Shown here piece after piece: positions 9,895-20,500 of a DNA stretch of 64,000 bases (position 1 is the first letter of the stretch; each line of letters starts with the position of its first letter). The position numbers and the translations under genes are program-made. The DNA is taken from NCBI GenBank assembly GCA_963801815.1, contig CAWDGJ010000002.1:640001-704000 (forward strand). Reading direction: 5' to 3'. The stretch is from an uncultured Verrucomicrobiae bacterium (GTDB taxonomy: Bacteria; Verrucomicrobiota; Verrucomicrobiia; Chthoniobacterales; UBA10450). Under the pieces are notes generated by a model. That model made no database searches. It was not told the origin of the DNA and was given only the letters and a program-made list of their open reading frames with translations.

Positions 9895-10671
9895 ATGCCA
9901 GTTGCGCTAACAATCGCTGGTTCCGATAGCAGTGCCGGTGCTGGAATTCAGGCCGATCTGAAAACATTTGGCGCGCTGAACGTTTACGGTTTGAACGCGG
10001 TGACCTGCGTTGTCGCGGAAACGCCTGGCAAAGTCTCGCGAATCCAATCGATCGACCCGGAAATGGTCCGCGCCCAAATTGAAGTGATGGCCAGAAATTT
10101 TCCAATTGCAGCCATGAAGACAGGACTGCTCTGCTCGGCCACGATCATTTCGGTCGTCGCGCGCGCGATTGTCGATTTTGGGCTTCGGATTCCGCTGGTA
10201 GTTGATCCCGTGATTACCGCGACCGGCGGGGATCCACTTCTTAAACATGACGCGATCGAAACTTACGAAAAAGAGTTGTTTCCACTCGCATCGCTCATCA
10301 CGCCGAACCTCGATGAAGCGTCGCAATTGCTTGGCCGAAAAATTACCGATCGCAAAACGATGGAAGAGGCCGGGAAAGAGTTAAAGGACAAGTTCAAAAG
10401 CGCGATCCTGCTCAAAGGCGGTCACTTGTCTGGCGCGGAAGCAGTCGATTTTTTATTTATCGATGAACACGTAACCGAATATTCAGCGCCGTTCGTTCGG
10501 GACGTCATGACCCACGGGACGGGCTGCACTTATTCGGCGGCGATCACCGCCGGGTTAGCAAAAAATCTGTCGCTCAGAGATGCGGTCGCTGCTGCGAAAG
10601 ACTTTGTGACCAGCGCAATTCGGAATCATTGCCGATGGGGAAATATTCACGCGCTCAGCCATTTTGCGTAG
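9895..10671 (+). CDS. thiD: Hydroxymethylpyrimidine/phosphomethylpyrimidine kinase
   Basis: LTIAGSDSSAGAGIQADLK, ITPNLDEA, LKGGH, THGTGCT. Confidence 0.95.
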   Translation: MPVALTIAGSDSSAGAGIQADLKTFGALNVYGLNAVTCVVAETPGKVSRIQSIDPEMVRAQIEVMARNFPIAAMKTGLLCSATIISVVARAIVDFGLRIPLVVDPVITATGGDPLLKHDAIETYEKELFPLASLITPNLDEASQLLGRKITDRKTMEEAGKELKDKFKSAILLKGGHLSGAEAVDFLFIDEHVTEYSAPFVRDVMTHGTGCTYSAAITAGLAKNLSLRDAVAAAKDFVTSAIRNHCRWGNIHALSHFA

Positions 10672-10719
10672 CCACGGCGTTGTGCCGTTCTCAATGACAC
10701 GCCACAGGCGCGGGGCTAC
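10668..10719. repeat. GTAG-type REP-like palindrome pair between convergent thiD and rnc
   Basis: GTAGCCACGGCG...GGCGCGGGGCTAC: GTAG/CTAC ends with internal hairpins. Confidence 0.6.
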
Positions 10720-10732
10720 AACGTTGCCCACC

Positions 10733-11437
10733 TTATGCTCGACGCTTCTTCTTCAACTTCTTCCAGCGTTTGAGCTGCATCGCTTCTTCGGCCGCAGCGG
10801 TCTCCGCTTGTTTCTTGCTGCGGCCGCGACCTTTCCCGAGGACGATCCCTTCCCATACCGCCTGCACTACGAATCGCTTGTCGTGTTCGGGGCCACTTTG
10901 CGACAGAACCTCGTAAACCGGACTCTTTGGCGAAATGCTTTGCAATAATTCCTGCAGGTTCCCCTTCGGATTAATATCAACCGGTTCCTCGGCAAGCAGC
11001 GCCAAATCCGTTTTCGCCTGCGTCAAAATAAATTTCCGCGTTTCCTCCAAACCGCCGTCCAGATAAATCGCGCCGATCAGCGCTTCGAATGCATCGGCCA
11101 AAGTGGATGTTCGCGCGCGTCCTCCACTCGCTTCTTCGCCGCGGCCCATTAATAGAAACTGGCCGAGGTCGATCGCGGCAGCGTGCGCCTTCAACGCATC
11201 GCGCGAAACCAGCCGCGACCTCAATTTCGTCAACTGCCCTTCGGGCTGGTCTTTAAAGTGCCCAAAAAGATATTCAGTGATCACGAGTTGGAGAATCGCG
11301 TCTCCCAGAAACTCCAATCGTTGATTGTCGAAATGGCGTTGCTGGGTCTCATGACCGAGACTCGGATGAGTCAATGCTTCGGCTAACAGCAGTGGATTGC
11401 GAAATTTGTAACCGATTCGTTCTTCCAGCGGATGCAC
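10733..11437 (-). CDS. rnc: Ribonuclease III
   Basis: NQRLEFLGDA signature, LADAFEALIGA, C-terminal dsRBD; GTG start at 11437. Confidence 0.97.
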   Translation of the reverse strand: MHPLEERIGYKFRNPLLLAEALTHPSLGHETQQRHFDNQRLEFLGDAILQLVITEYLFGHFKDQPEGQLTKLRSRLVSRDALKAHAAAIDLGQFLLMGRGEEASGGRARTSTLADAFEALIGAIYLDGGLEETRKFILTQAKTDLALLAEEPVDINPKGNLQELLQSISPKSPVYEVLSQSGPEHDKRFVVQAVWEGIVLGKGRGRSKKQAETAAAEEAMQLKRWKKLKKKRRA

Positions 11438-11438
11438 G

Positions 11439-12545
11439 TCAATGCTTCTGATAGATTTCCAGCGAGGTGACGACGTCCAGTGCACGCTGCAATACCGTAT
11501 CGCGCGACGGTTGGCTCGATCGTGAGCGAAGCCGGCGTTGCGCGTCCGGGATATCCAGCTCGGGATTCGTTCCGGCTATTAACGCTGCTTCGTTCAGGTG
11601 CGGCCGTTCGGTTTCATAAACAAATGAGCCCATTCCTTTCTCGGCACTTTGCCGAAAGATCTGACGTTTGTCCGCCTCCGACATTTCGACCGGTAAATCG
11701 GGTTTTACTCCGCCTGGAAACAACGGCTGACCATCAGGCAGAACCGCTTCGGCGGATGCGATCCGGAGAATCTTGCCGCTGGGCAAGGATTGATCGGAAT
11801 ATTCTACGGCTCGGCCGGCGGTCATTTGGCCGATGATCAAAGCTTTGTTGTAAAGTTTGAGCACGGCGGCGAGCGCTTCCGCGCCGCCAGATGTATCAGC
11901 ATCGGCCAGGATGACGATTAGTCCCTGGAATACGGGATCGCGGTCTGAAGTAAATTGTCGATCCTGCCGTACGGCCGGCTTGTGCACATTGAACAGAGTT
12001 TTTCCTTTTGGACAAAAACGTCTCGCAAAGTCGGCGGAGCTCGCGAAATCTCCGATCTTGCTGGCGCGAAGATCGACAATCAGCCCGTCAACCTTCTTCT
12101 GGCCGAACTCCTGCAGTTTCTTGTCGAGTTCCTTGAGATTTCCGCCGTTGAGCTCACCGAGGCGCAAATACCCGATATGGCCTTCGAAAATTTCGCTGTA
12201 AAACGGAGAACTCGGTTCAGCCGTCGCGGCCTCGCGGTTCGGCAAAAGCATCAATCCGCCCGGCATACGAACCAGCAAACCTGTAAGGGTGGCCCGATTC
12301 AGTTCCGCGTCTGTGATCGCATCCGGACTGGTGAAATTCGCTTTTAAGAGTGAAAGCGCCGCTTGCAGATCGGCCGAGCCTAAAGAGTTAATAACCTGCT
12401 CGGTCGTCGGCGTTGGCGAAGGCGAGGGAGATTTAGCGACTGCCGGACTGCTACTTGTCGGCGCCGAGGAAGGCGCGGGCATTTGGCCGAAGACCGCGCC
12501 CACGCCAAATATCGACACCGCCGTTGCCGCCGCCCAATTGAACAT
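11439..12545 (-). CDS. S41 family peptidase-like exported protein
   Basis: Signal peptide, IGYLRL, LIVDLR, TSGGAE, GQMTAG, GVKPD. Confidence 0.8.
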   Translation of the reverse strand: MFNWAAATAVSIFGVGAVFGQMPAPSSAPTSSSPAVAKSPSPSPTPTTEQVINSLGSADLQAALSLLKANFTSPDAITDAELNRATLTGLLVRMPGGLMLLPNREAATAEPSSPFYSEIFEGHIGYLRLGELNGGNLKELDKKLQEFGQKKVDGLIVDLRASKIGDFASSADFARRFCPKGKTLFNVHKPAVRQDRQFTSDRDPVFQGLIVILADADTSGGAEALAAVLKLYNKALIIGQMTAGRAVEYSDQSLPSGKILRIASAEAVLPDGQPLFPGGVKPDLPVEMSEADKRQIFRQSAEKGMGSFVYETERPHLNEAALIAGTNPELDIPDAQRRLRSRSSQPSRDTVLQRALDVVTSLEIYQKH

Positions 12546-12556
12546 CGCCTGAATTC

Positions 12557-13828
12557 TTAGCTGCTTGCCGCGCCAAGAGCAATATCGCGCCGGAAATGAC
12601 AGCCATCGAAATGGATACCCGAAACGGCCTGGTAAGCCCGTTCCCGCGCATTCTTAATGGTGAGTCCAAGCGCGGTCACCGCCAGAACCCGCCCCCCGGA
12701 TGTCACGACTTCGCCATTCGCGTTTTTCGTTCCGGCGTGAAAAACCTGAACCGCTTCAAGTTTGGCGGCATCGCTCAAACCCGAAATTCTCTTCCCGGTT
12801 TCGTACTTGTTTGGGTAACCAGCCGACGCGAGAACAACTGTTACCGAGGCGCCTTCGTTCCACTCGATCGTTTGAGCGTCGATTTTCCCGTCGATGGTCG
12901 CATCCAACAATGGAAGCAAATCGGACTTCATTCGCGGCAACAGTGCCTGAGTTTCCGGGTCACCGAAGCGGCAATTGAATTCGAGCACGCGCGGCCCATC
13001 GTCAGTGATCATTAATCCGGGATACAATAGACCGCGATAGACAACCCCTTCCTGACACAGTCCGTCCAACAACGGTCGCATGATTTGGTTTTCAAATTGC
13101 GACTGTAGTTGCGAGTTCCAATTGTTGGCGGGACTAAATGCACCCATCCCTCCGGTGTTTGGACCTTTGTCGCCATCGAATACGCGCTTGTGATCTCGCG
13201 CCGATTCGAGCATTCGATAATCTTTTCCGTCTACAAGGGCGTGCAGGGAACATTCGCTGCCCTTCAAAAATTCCTCGATGATAATCCGTTTGCCGGCGTC
13301 GCCGAAACGCACTTGGTTCATCATCGCGTTGATCGTCGACTTCGCCTCAGTCAACCTGGACGCGATGATCACGCCCTTGCCGAGGGCTAGTCCGTCGGCC
13401 TTAATGACGACCGGAAACTTGAGCTGCTCGGAATACTCGAGCGCTGCCTTGCTATCCGAAAATGTGTGCGCTTCCGCGGTTGGAACTTTTCGTGCGCGCA
13501 TCAATTCCTTGGCAAAAATCTTGGACGACTCGAGGCGCGCCGCGGATTTGGTCGGTCCAAAAATCCGCAGCTTGTCGCCCGTGAACAGGTCGACAATTCC
13601 CAGCGCCAGCGGGTCGTCCGGGCCGACTACGGTGAGATCGATATCGTTCTGCTTCGCGAAGGCGAGCAATTGCCCGAGATCGGTCGCCGGAATCGCGACG
13701 TTCTCGGCAATCGCTCCAGTTCCGGCGTTCCCCGGCGCACAGAAGATTCGGTCGACTGCCGGTGATTGCCTCAGTTTCCAAACCAGGGCGTGTTCGCGGC
13801 CGCCGCTCCCGATCACAAGAATTTTCAC
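12557..13828 (-). CDS. purD: Phosphoribosylamine-glycine ligase
   Basis: KILVIGSGGREHAL, KADGLALGKGV, GPNTGGMG, EFNCRFGDPE. Confidence 0.98.
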   Translation of the reverse strand: MKILVIGSGGREHALVWKLRQSPAVDRIFCAPGNAGTGAIAENVAIPATDLGQLLAFAKQNDIDLTVVGPDDPLALGIVDLFTGDKLRIFGPTKSAARLESSKIFAKELMRARKVPTAEAHTFSDSKAALEYSEQLKFPVVIKADGLALGKGVIIASRLTEAKSTINAMMNQVRFGDAGKRIIIEEFLKGSECSLHALVDGKDYRMLESARDHKRVFDGDKGPNTGGMGAFSPANNWNSQLQSQFENQIMRPLLDGLCQEGVVYRGLLYPGLMITDDGPRVLEFNCRFGDPETQALLPRMKSDLLPLLDATIDGKIDAQTIEWNEGASVTVVLASAGYPNKYETGKRISGLSDAAKLEAVQVFHAGTKNANGEVVTSGGRVLAVTALGLTIKNARERAYQAVSGIHFDGCHFRRDIALGAASS

Positions 13829-14015
13829 GAGAAGGCATTGTAGAGGCGGCTGTGTCGGCTGCAACGCATTCGCAAACAGGCAGGCGAGATCGCGATCTTT
13901 GATTCGACGCCGACGCGCCCCCAAATTAGTCAAACAGGCTAGTATTGCCTATACAGCGATTTCAGATTGTTACATCCGGACTTGCGCGCAGAAGGAGCGC
14001 ATCTTAAAAAGTCGT

Positions 14016-14384
14016 ATGGCTTCAGTGATGGATTCGCAGTGCCCGTCGCGTCTCGTTCTCGACCGGATCGCGGACAAATGGACCGCGCTAATCATTCAAC
14101 TGCTGGCGAAAAAGACAATGCGTTATGCGGAGCTCCATCGGGAGATCGGCGGTATCTCGCAAAAGATGCTGACGCAAACGTTGCGTAGCCTCGAACGCGA
14201 CGGTTTGGTGAATCGCAAGGTCTATCCAGTGGTACCGCCGCGAGTCGAGTATTCGCTTTCCAGACTTGGGCGGACCCTCATCGAGCCGCTGCGCGGTCTG
14301 TGCCGTTGGTCGGAAAAACATCTCGCGGAACTGCAGGCAAACCGGGCCCGAGCCAGGGCGAAACACGACGCCGCAGCGGGTTAG
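14016..14384 (+). CDS. HxlR-family winged-helix transcriptional regulator
   Basis: CPSRLVLDRIADKW, ISQKMLTQTLR, PPRVEYSL. Confidence 0.93.
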   Translation: MASVMDSQCPSRLVLDRIADKWTALIIQLLAKKTMRYAELHREIGGISQKMLTQTLRSLERDGLVNRKVYPVVPPRVEYSLSRLGRTLIEPLRGLCRWSEKHLAELQANRARARAKHDAAAG

Positions 14385-14428
14385 AGCGACTGCCACAATT
14401 CTCGAGGCCCGGATCTCGACTCTCGTAG

Positions 14429-15359
14429 TTACTCCGAGTTTAGCTCGAAGTTAATCTTCACGTCGTAGTGATCGGCTTTGCCCAGCCCGTCCGGCAACGG
14501 TTCGACCTGACTCACACGGTTCGCCAGCGCTTTAACGGAATCATCGAGCTCTGCATTTCCCGACGAACGAACAATTTCGAAACTCGAGACGTGTCCATCT
14601 TTTTCAATGCGGAGCTTCACCAGCACTGAATTTTTCCCGCCGGCATCGGCGACGTGACGTCGGCTGGGCCCATTCGCTGTAAAAACGATCATGCAACATG
14701 CTGCCGTACCAACCGAACTGCGATTCGTTTACGCTTCCACCGGCGCGTCCACCGCCCGCTCCCTTGGTTGTGCCTTTACCGGCGCCAGTTTGCGTGGCCG
14801 GAGATTTTTCCGCGGGCTTTGTGTCGGGAGATTCGTTCTTGGCCAAAACAATTTTCTTCTTCTCTGAGTCGGGTGTTTCGGACTTTGCAACGGCCTCCTC
14901 CTTTTCTTCATGCTTCGGCTTTGGCTTGGGTGACGGCTTCACTTTGGCAACCGTCAGTTTCTTCGGCGACGGCTTTGGCGCGGGTTTCGGAGTCGGCTTT
15001 GGCATTGCCTTCCGTTGCGGGGTCGCACTCGGTTTCGGTGTTGATGTCGATCTAGGCGATGGCGCTGGAGTGGACAATTGAATTTCGCTCGGGGCCGACG
15101 TTAGAACCGGCTGGTCGGCGTCTTGCTGTCGCGATTTCTCGGTTTTCGACTCTTCGCGCAGCGGAGATTTTTCACGAACCTCCGGCTCCTTTTTCTCCGT
15201 CACGATTCCATCCCCGGCGCCGCCGTTCATCCAAACCACACTTTGCGCGCCCGCGTTGTTGTTGCTTGCGCTGCTCCAGCGAATTAAACCGATGAAGAGC
15301 GCTACGTGCGCGGCGGTGATGAGGCCGACGTTCGTCCAAAACCGGAGGTTCTTCGGCAT
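14429..15359 (-). CDS. TonB/TolA family energy transducer; frameshift near 14655
   Basis: N-terminal TM with conserved His (AAHVALF), Pro/Lys-rich linker, C-terminal domain (RSSGNAELDDS) in a second frame. Confidence 0.85.
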
Positions 15360-15361
15360 TG

Positions 15362-15778
15362 CTATTTCTGCTCGGCCCGGGTCGCGATTCCCACCTTCAT
15401 GATTTGGGCACGCTGCAACGCGTCCATCAACGTGATTAGTTTCTGCACGGGCAAATCGCGATCTGGCCGGATCACAACTGCAATTTCAGGATTGGCCCGC
15501 TTCATTTCGCTCAACCGCGCCGTCAACGATTCAAGATCCACAATTTGATTGTTGAAACGAATCGATTCGTTGCGATCGATCGAAACGGTTTGCACTTGCG
15601 TCGCCATAACCGGCGGATTTTTCGCGCCACTCGAAGGGATAATAAGATTCATGCTGTTCTCGAGCAGGGGCGTGGTGATCATGAAAATGATGAGCAGTAC
15701 GAACGCGAGATCGAGCAATGGCGTGATATTGATCTCGGAGAGGGATGACAAACTCTGCCGTTGCGAATAACGCCTCAT
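15362..15778 (-). CDS. exbD: Biopolymer transporter ExbD/TolR
   Basis: EINITPLLDLAFVLLIIFMIT. Confidence 0.9.
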   Translation of the reverse strand: MRRYSQRQSLSSLSEINITPLLDLAFVLLIIFMITTPLLENSMNLIIPSSGAKNPPVMATQVQTVSIDRNESIRFNNQIVDLESLTARLSEMKRANPEIAVVIRPDRDLPVQKLITLMDALQRAQIMKVGIATRAEQK

Positions 15779-16526
15779 CTCCGAAAGGCCGACTCGCGCA
15801 CCGCGTGATCGACGAATTTATGTTCAAGCTCGGACGCCAGTTCAGCCGCAAAGTTGTCCATCTCCACGATCATTCCGCGAATGCGCGTGACCAGAAAGTT
15901 GTAGCCGAACATCGCCGGAATCGCGACGCAAAGAGCGGTCACGGTGGTGATTAAGGCGCCGGAAACGCCTGGCGCCATCGACGCGAGGCTCGGCGCACCG
16001 GCCTCGGCCACGCCGGTGAACGCGTCCATCACGCCCCAAACCGTACCGAGTAATCCCAGAAACGGCGACCCACTGACCGCGGTGGCGAGCAAAATCATTT
16101 GCGACTCGAGCCAAGCGCGGTTTCCCCCACTGCGCGTTCCATCGCAGCCGTGACCGAGCCCATTTGCGGCGCGGAAATTTTGTCCGCGATGCCGAGCCGC
16201 GCTTTAAAGGTTTCGTCGACTTCGGCCGAGCCAAGCAACTGAAAGGTAATCTCCTGGCACCCCGCGCGGTAAACGTTGAAGAGTGGCGAACCCGGAAAAC
16301 GGGCATTCTTTTCAAACAAACGCAACGGTTGCCGGTCCTGTCGAAAAGCATGGAGAAAACGCGCGTTTTGTTTCCGCGCGAACTGGACCACGCGCAGCTT
16401 CGTGACCATCACCGACCAGCTGAAGATCGACGCGACCGCGAGAAGAAGCAGAACGAGCTTGCCGGCAATGGTGGCGTGTTCAAACGCAAAGAGCAGACCG
16501 CCGGCAGCAATCAACAACGCTATCAA
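15775..16526 (-). CDS. MotA/TolQ/ExbB proton channel protein; frameshift near 16110
   Basis: PFLGLLGTVWGVM, ALITT...VAIPA motifs; split into ORFs 16095..16526 and 15775..16098. Confidence 0.9.
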
Positions 16527-16575
16527 TCAATTCACCCGCCGGAACTATTAGCGGATTCTGACGAAAGCGAAAGGG

Positions 16576-17522
16576 CTAGTCCTGCGTCGCAGCCAACTTT
16601 TTCGGAAAGCTTGGCCGCAGTTTGGCGAAGATCACAAACGCGAGCCCGATTGCGATGAGAAAAAACGAGTAGAACTGGCCGTGGGTGAATGGCCCAAACA
16701 TGCTCGCGTCCGGTTCGCGGAAATATTCGCACACGATCCGAAAGATCGCATAGAAGATGAAGAACAATCCGGTCAGGACACCGTTTGGCTGCCGCATTCG
16801 CGTGCGCACGAACCAGAGAATCGAAAAGAGAACGACCCCTTCAAAGAAAGCCTCGTAAAGCTGCGACGGATGTCGTGGAGTCAAAATTCCCCGCAGAATC
16901 TCTTTCACCTGGGGCTGGTGGCGCACTGCGACCACAATCGCGTCCGGCGTATTGAGCGCCGGATCGAGCTTGGTGCATTCCGTAATCGCCTGATTCGCCT
17001 CTGTGAAGTTTTCGTTCAGCTCCTTCGGAAACTGCATTGCCCAGGAAACGTCGGTCGCGCGGCCGTAAAGTTCGCCATTAATGAAATTCGCGCAGCGCAC
17101 GAGAAATAACCCAATCGGCGCCGCCACGACGAGATTATCGCCCAGATTCGTCCAGGAAACTCTATGACGGCGTGCGAAATAAAATGTGAACCAGCAGAAC
17201 GGCGATGATGCCGCCGTGGCTCGCCATTCCGCCTTCCCAAACGCGCAGAATCGACAACGGCTCGCGCAACATCTCCGGTTTGTACAAAAAAACGTAGCCA
17301 AGCCGTCCGCCGACAATCACGCCAAACAGGGCGCAGGCGGTGATGAAATCTCCCACTTTGTTAAGCGGCAGATCGGCATACCCGCGCCGGACTAACACTC
17401 GATAGACGACATAGGCAAACAGAAACGCGAGCACGTAACCGAGCCCGTACCACCGACGGTCCGACATTATCGTAAATGCGAAAGATCAGCGGATCGAGAT
17501 CGTGAATCCAATAAGCGAGCAT
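16576..17522 (-). CDS. lgt: Prolipoprotein diacylglyceryl transferase; indels near 17455 and 17165-17200
   Basis: RWYGLGY, GGRLGY, GGMASHGG, RCANFINGELYGR, RHPSQLYEA distributed over frames. Confidence 0.92.
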
Positions 17523-17536
17523 TTGGTGCGCGATTT

Positions 17537-20500
17537 TCACCGCGCAGTCGAACGATTCAATACTTTTCGCAAGAACGGCGCCGTCCGGCTGGTCTTGTTC
17601 TTCACGACCTGCTCCGGCGTTCCAACGGCAACGACTTTACCGCCGTCCGCGCCCGCCTCCGGTCCAAGATCGACAATGTAGTCGGCCTCCGCGATCACAC
17701 TCAAATTGTGCTCGATCACGATCACGGTGTTTCCCTCATCGACCAATCGATGCAGCACCTTGAGGAGAAGGTCGACGTCTGCCATGTGCAAGCCAATCGT
17801 CGGTTCTTCGAGCAGATAAAGCGTCGAACCGGGCTTGCGCATTTTGCGAATCCGCTCGTTTTCGGCGCGACCGACGCCCCGTTTCAATTGGGTGACGAGC
17901 TTCAGGCGTTGCGCTTCGCCGCCGCTTAGCGTCGGACTCGGCTGGCCGAGCTTGAGATAACCGAGTCCGGTTTCGACCAGCAACGAAAGCGGCCGAGCGA
18001 TCTTCGGATGGGCCGAGAAAAATTCCGCCGCTTCTTCGATCGTCATTTCCATCACGTCGCCGATCGATTTGTCGTTGTAGAGAACTTCGAGCGTTTGCGG
18101 ATTGTAACGGCGCCCGCCGCAGTCCTCGCACGGCACGAGCGCTTCCGGCAGAAAATTCATCTCCAGTTTGATCACGCCCTGGCCTTTGCAAGTCTCGCAT
18201 CGACCGCCTTCGGCATTGAACGAAAATCGACTGGCCGAATAGCCACGGACGCGTGAGACCGGCAGTTGCGCGTAGAGGTTTCGAATCTCGTCGAATACCT
18301 TGATATAAGTGCCCGGGGTAGAGCGCGACGTTTTGCCGATCGGCGATTGATCGACTTCGTAAACTGCTTCGATTTTCTCCGTGCCACTGACGAGCTTGAA
18401 TAATTCGCCGTTGCCGGTCCGCTTTTTGTTTTCCAACTGCTCGATCACAGCCGGTAACAACACATCATGCATTAATGTCGATTTTCCCGATCCCGAAATT
18501 CCGGTGATGACTGAAAGGCGTCCGACTGGAAACCGAACATCGACATTTTTCAGGTTGTTGGCGTGAGCCCCGTGCATGTCGATCCAGTCCTCGACCATTC
18601 GCAACGAACGGCGAGATTCGCGGGTCGGATGCGAAAGCGGTCTCTTGAGACAACGACCGGTCTCGGAATTTTTGGCGCGCTCGATGTCGTAGAGGGTGCC
18701 GGTGGCGACAACTTCGCCACCGTGCAAACCCGCGCGCGGCCCAAGATCGACAATGTGATCGGCCCGCCGCATCGTTTCGTCGTCGTGTTCTACGATCACG
18801 AGCGAATTTCCTTTCTCGCGAAGTGCGTTCGAGCGTGTCGAGCAACCGCAGATTGTCGCGGGGATGCAGTCCGATGGTCGGTTCGTCGAGGACGTAAAGC
18901 ACGCCGCGCAGATTCGAACCGAGCTGCGCCGCCAATCGAATTCGCTGCGATTCGCCGCCGCTCAAGGTCTTTGCGGAACGTCCGAGCGCGAGATAACCGA
19001 GACCGACATTCTCCATGAACCGCAACCGCTGCTTAATTTCGGGAATCAGATCGGCCGCAATGGTTTGTTGCCTACCGGCGAACTTTAACTTGTCGATCTT
19101 TTCCGCTGCTTCGCTCGCGGAAAGATTCGTGAACTGATCGATCGGCATTCCCTGCACCCGAACGTGTCGCGCAACCTCGTTAATGCGCGACCCGTGACAA
19201 CGCGGGCATTCGTGCGCTTCGGTTTCTTCGATCCATTCCGATTCCCGCTCGGCGCGGAGCTCATTCTCCAGAACCGAATCGCTGGTTTCCTCGGAAGCGG
19301 TTTGAAATTCCTGATCCCAAATTTCGCCGAACCCGCCGCATTCTTCGCAGGCCCCGTGCGGCGAGTTGAACGAGAACAACCGGGGATCGAGCTCCTCGAA
19401 GGCGCGCCCGCAATCCGGACAACTCATCTCCGTGCTCACGATGGTGAGCCGATTTTTCGCATCGAGCAGATGCGCCGTGCCCCGGCCGATCTCCAAGGCG
19501 CGTTGCGCGAGATTGCGCGCTTTCACAATCCGCTTGGCATCGATCACGCCGACAACAACCTCGATCGTGTGTTCTTTGAAACGTTCCAGCTTTCGGAACT
19601 GTGGAATCGGAATCAGCTGCCCATCGACAAACAGTGTGTCGAAGCCCTGACGCTCGGCCCAGCGCGCGACATCGGTGTGAAATCCTTTTCGGGCTTTCAC
19701 CAGTGGCGCGAGCACCTTGAGCGGGCCGCGCTTTGCGGCCGCCTCGATCTGTTTGACGATCGCGGCCAGACTCTGGCTCTCGACCGGCAAATCGCAGTCC
19801 GGACAAAACTGGGTGCCGGTTTTCGCAAAGAGCAAACGAAGAAAATGATAAACCTCGGTCACTGTGGCGACGGTCGATTTGCCTCCGCCGCGGGTCACGC
19901 GCTGCTCGATCGCAACACTCGGCGGCAAGCCAGTGACTAGATCGACATCAGGTTTCTCGAGTTGCTCCACGAACTGCCGCGCGTAGGGCGACATGCTGTC
20001 GAGAAATCTCCGTTGTCCTTCGGCAAACAAAATGTCGAATGCGAGGGTCGATTTTCCTGAGCCGCTTAATCCCGTAATCACGACCATCTGGTCGCGCGGA
20101 ATTTTGACGTCGATGTTCTTGAGATTGTGCTCGCGTGCGCCGTGAATGCCGATCGCACCGTTGGTCTTGGTGATTTTGAAACGCGACGACGTTTCCGCTG
20201 CGTGGGCAAGCTCCTGCTCCTCATCTTCCGGATAAGAAATTCGTGGCGAGGCGCCACGAATAGCACGCGAGGCGCGCGCGCTCCCCAGAATTGACTTCAA
20301 AAATCTTCCAGTGTGCGATTTCTCATTCTTTGCGACCTGCTCCGGCGTTCCGGTCCCGACGACTTCGCCGCCCTCTTCGCCCGCCTCCGGACCAAGATCG
20401 ACAATCCAGTCGGCGCATTTGATCACTTCAAGATTGTGCTCGATCACGATGAGCGAATGTCCGGCGGCGACCAATCGCTGAAAGACCTGAAGCAGCATCG

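Noticed and set aside
13278..14015. 368-aa ORF suggesting an extended HxlR
   Set aside because: N-terminal part is antisense to purD; real gene starts at 14016
14900..15070. Repetitive GGCTTTGG/GGTTTCGG tract
   Set aside because: Simply encodes the Pro-Lys linker of TonB
14429..18830. Pseudogenisation of tonB, exbB, lgt and uvrA
   Set aside because: Only single-base indels with intact motifs; lgt is normally essential in diderms
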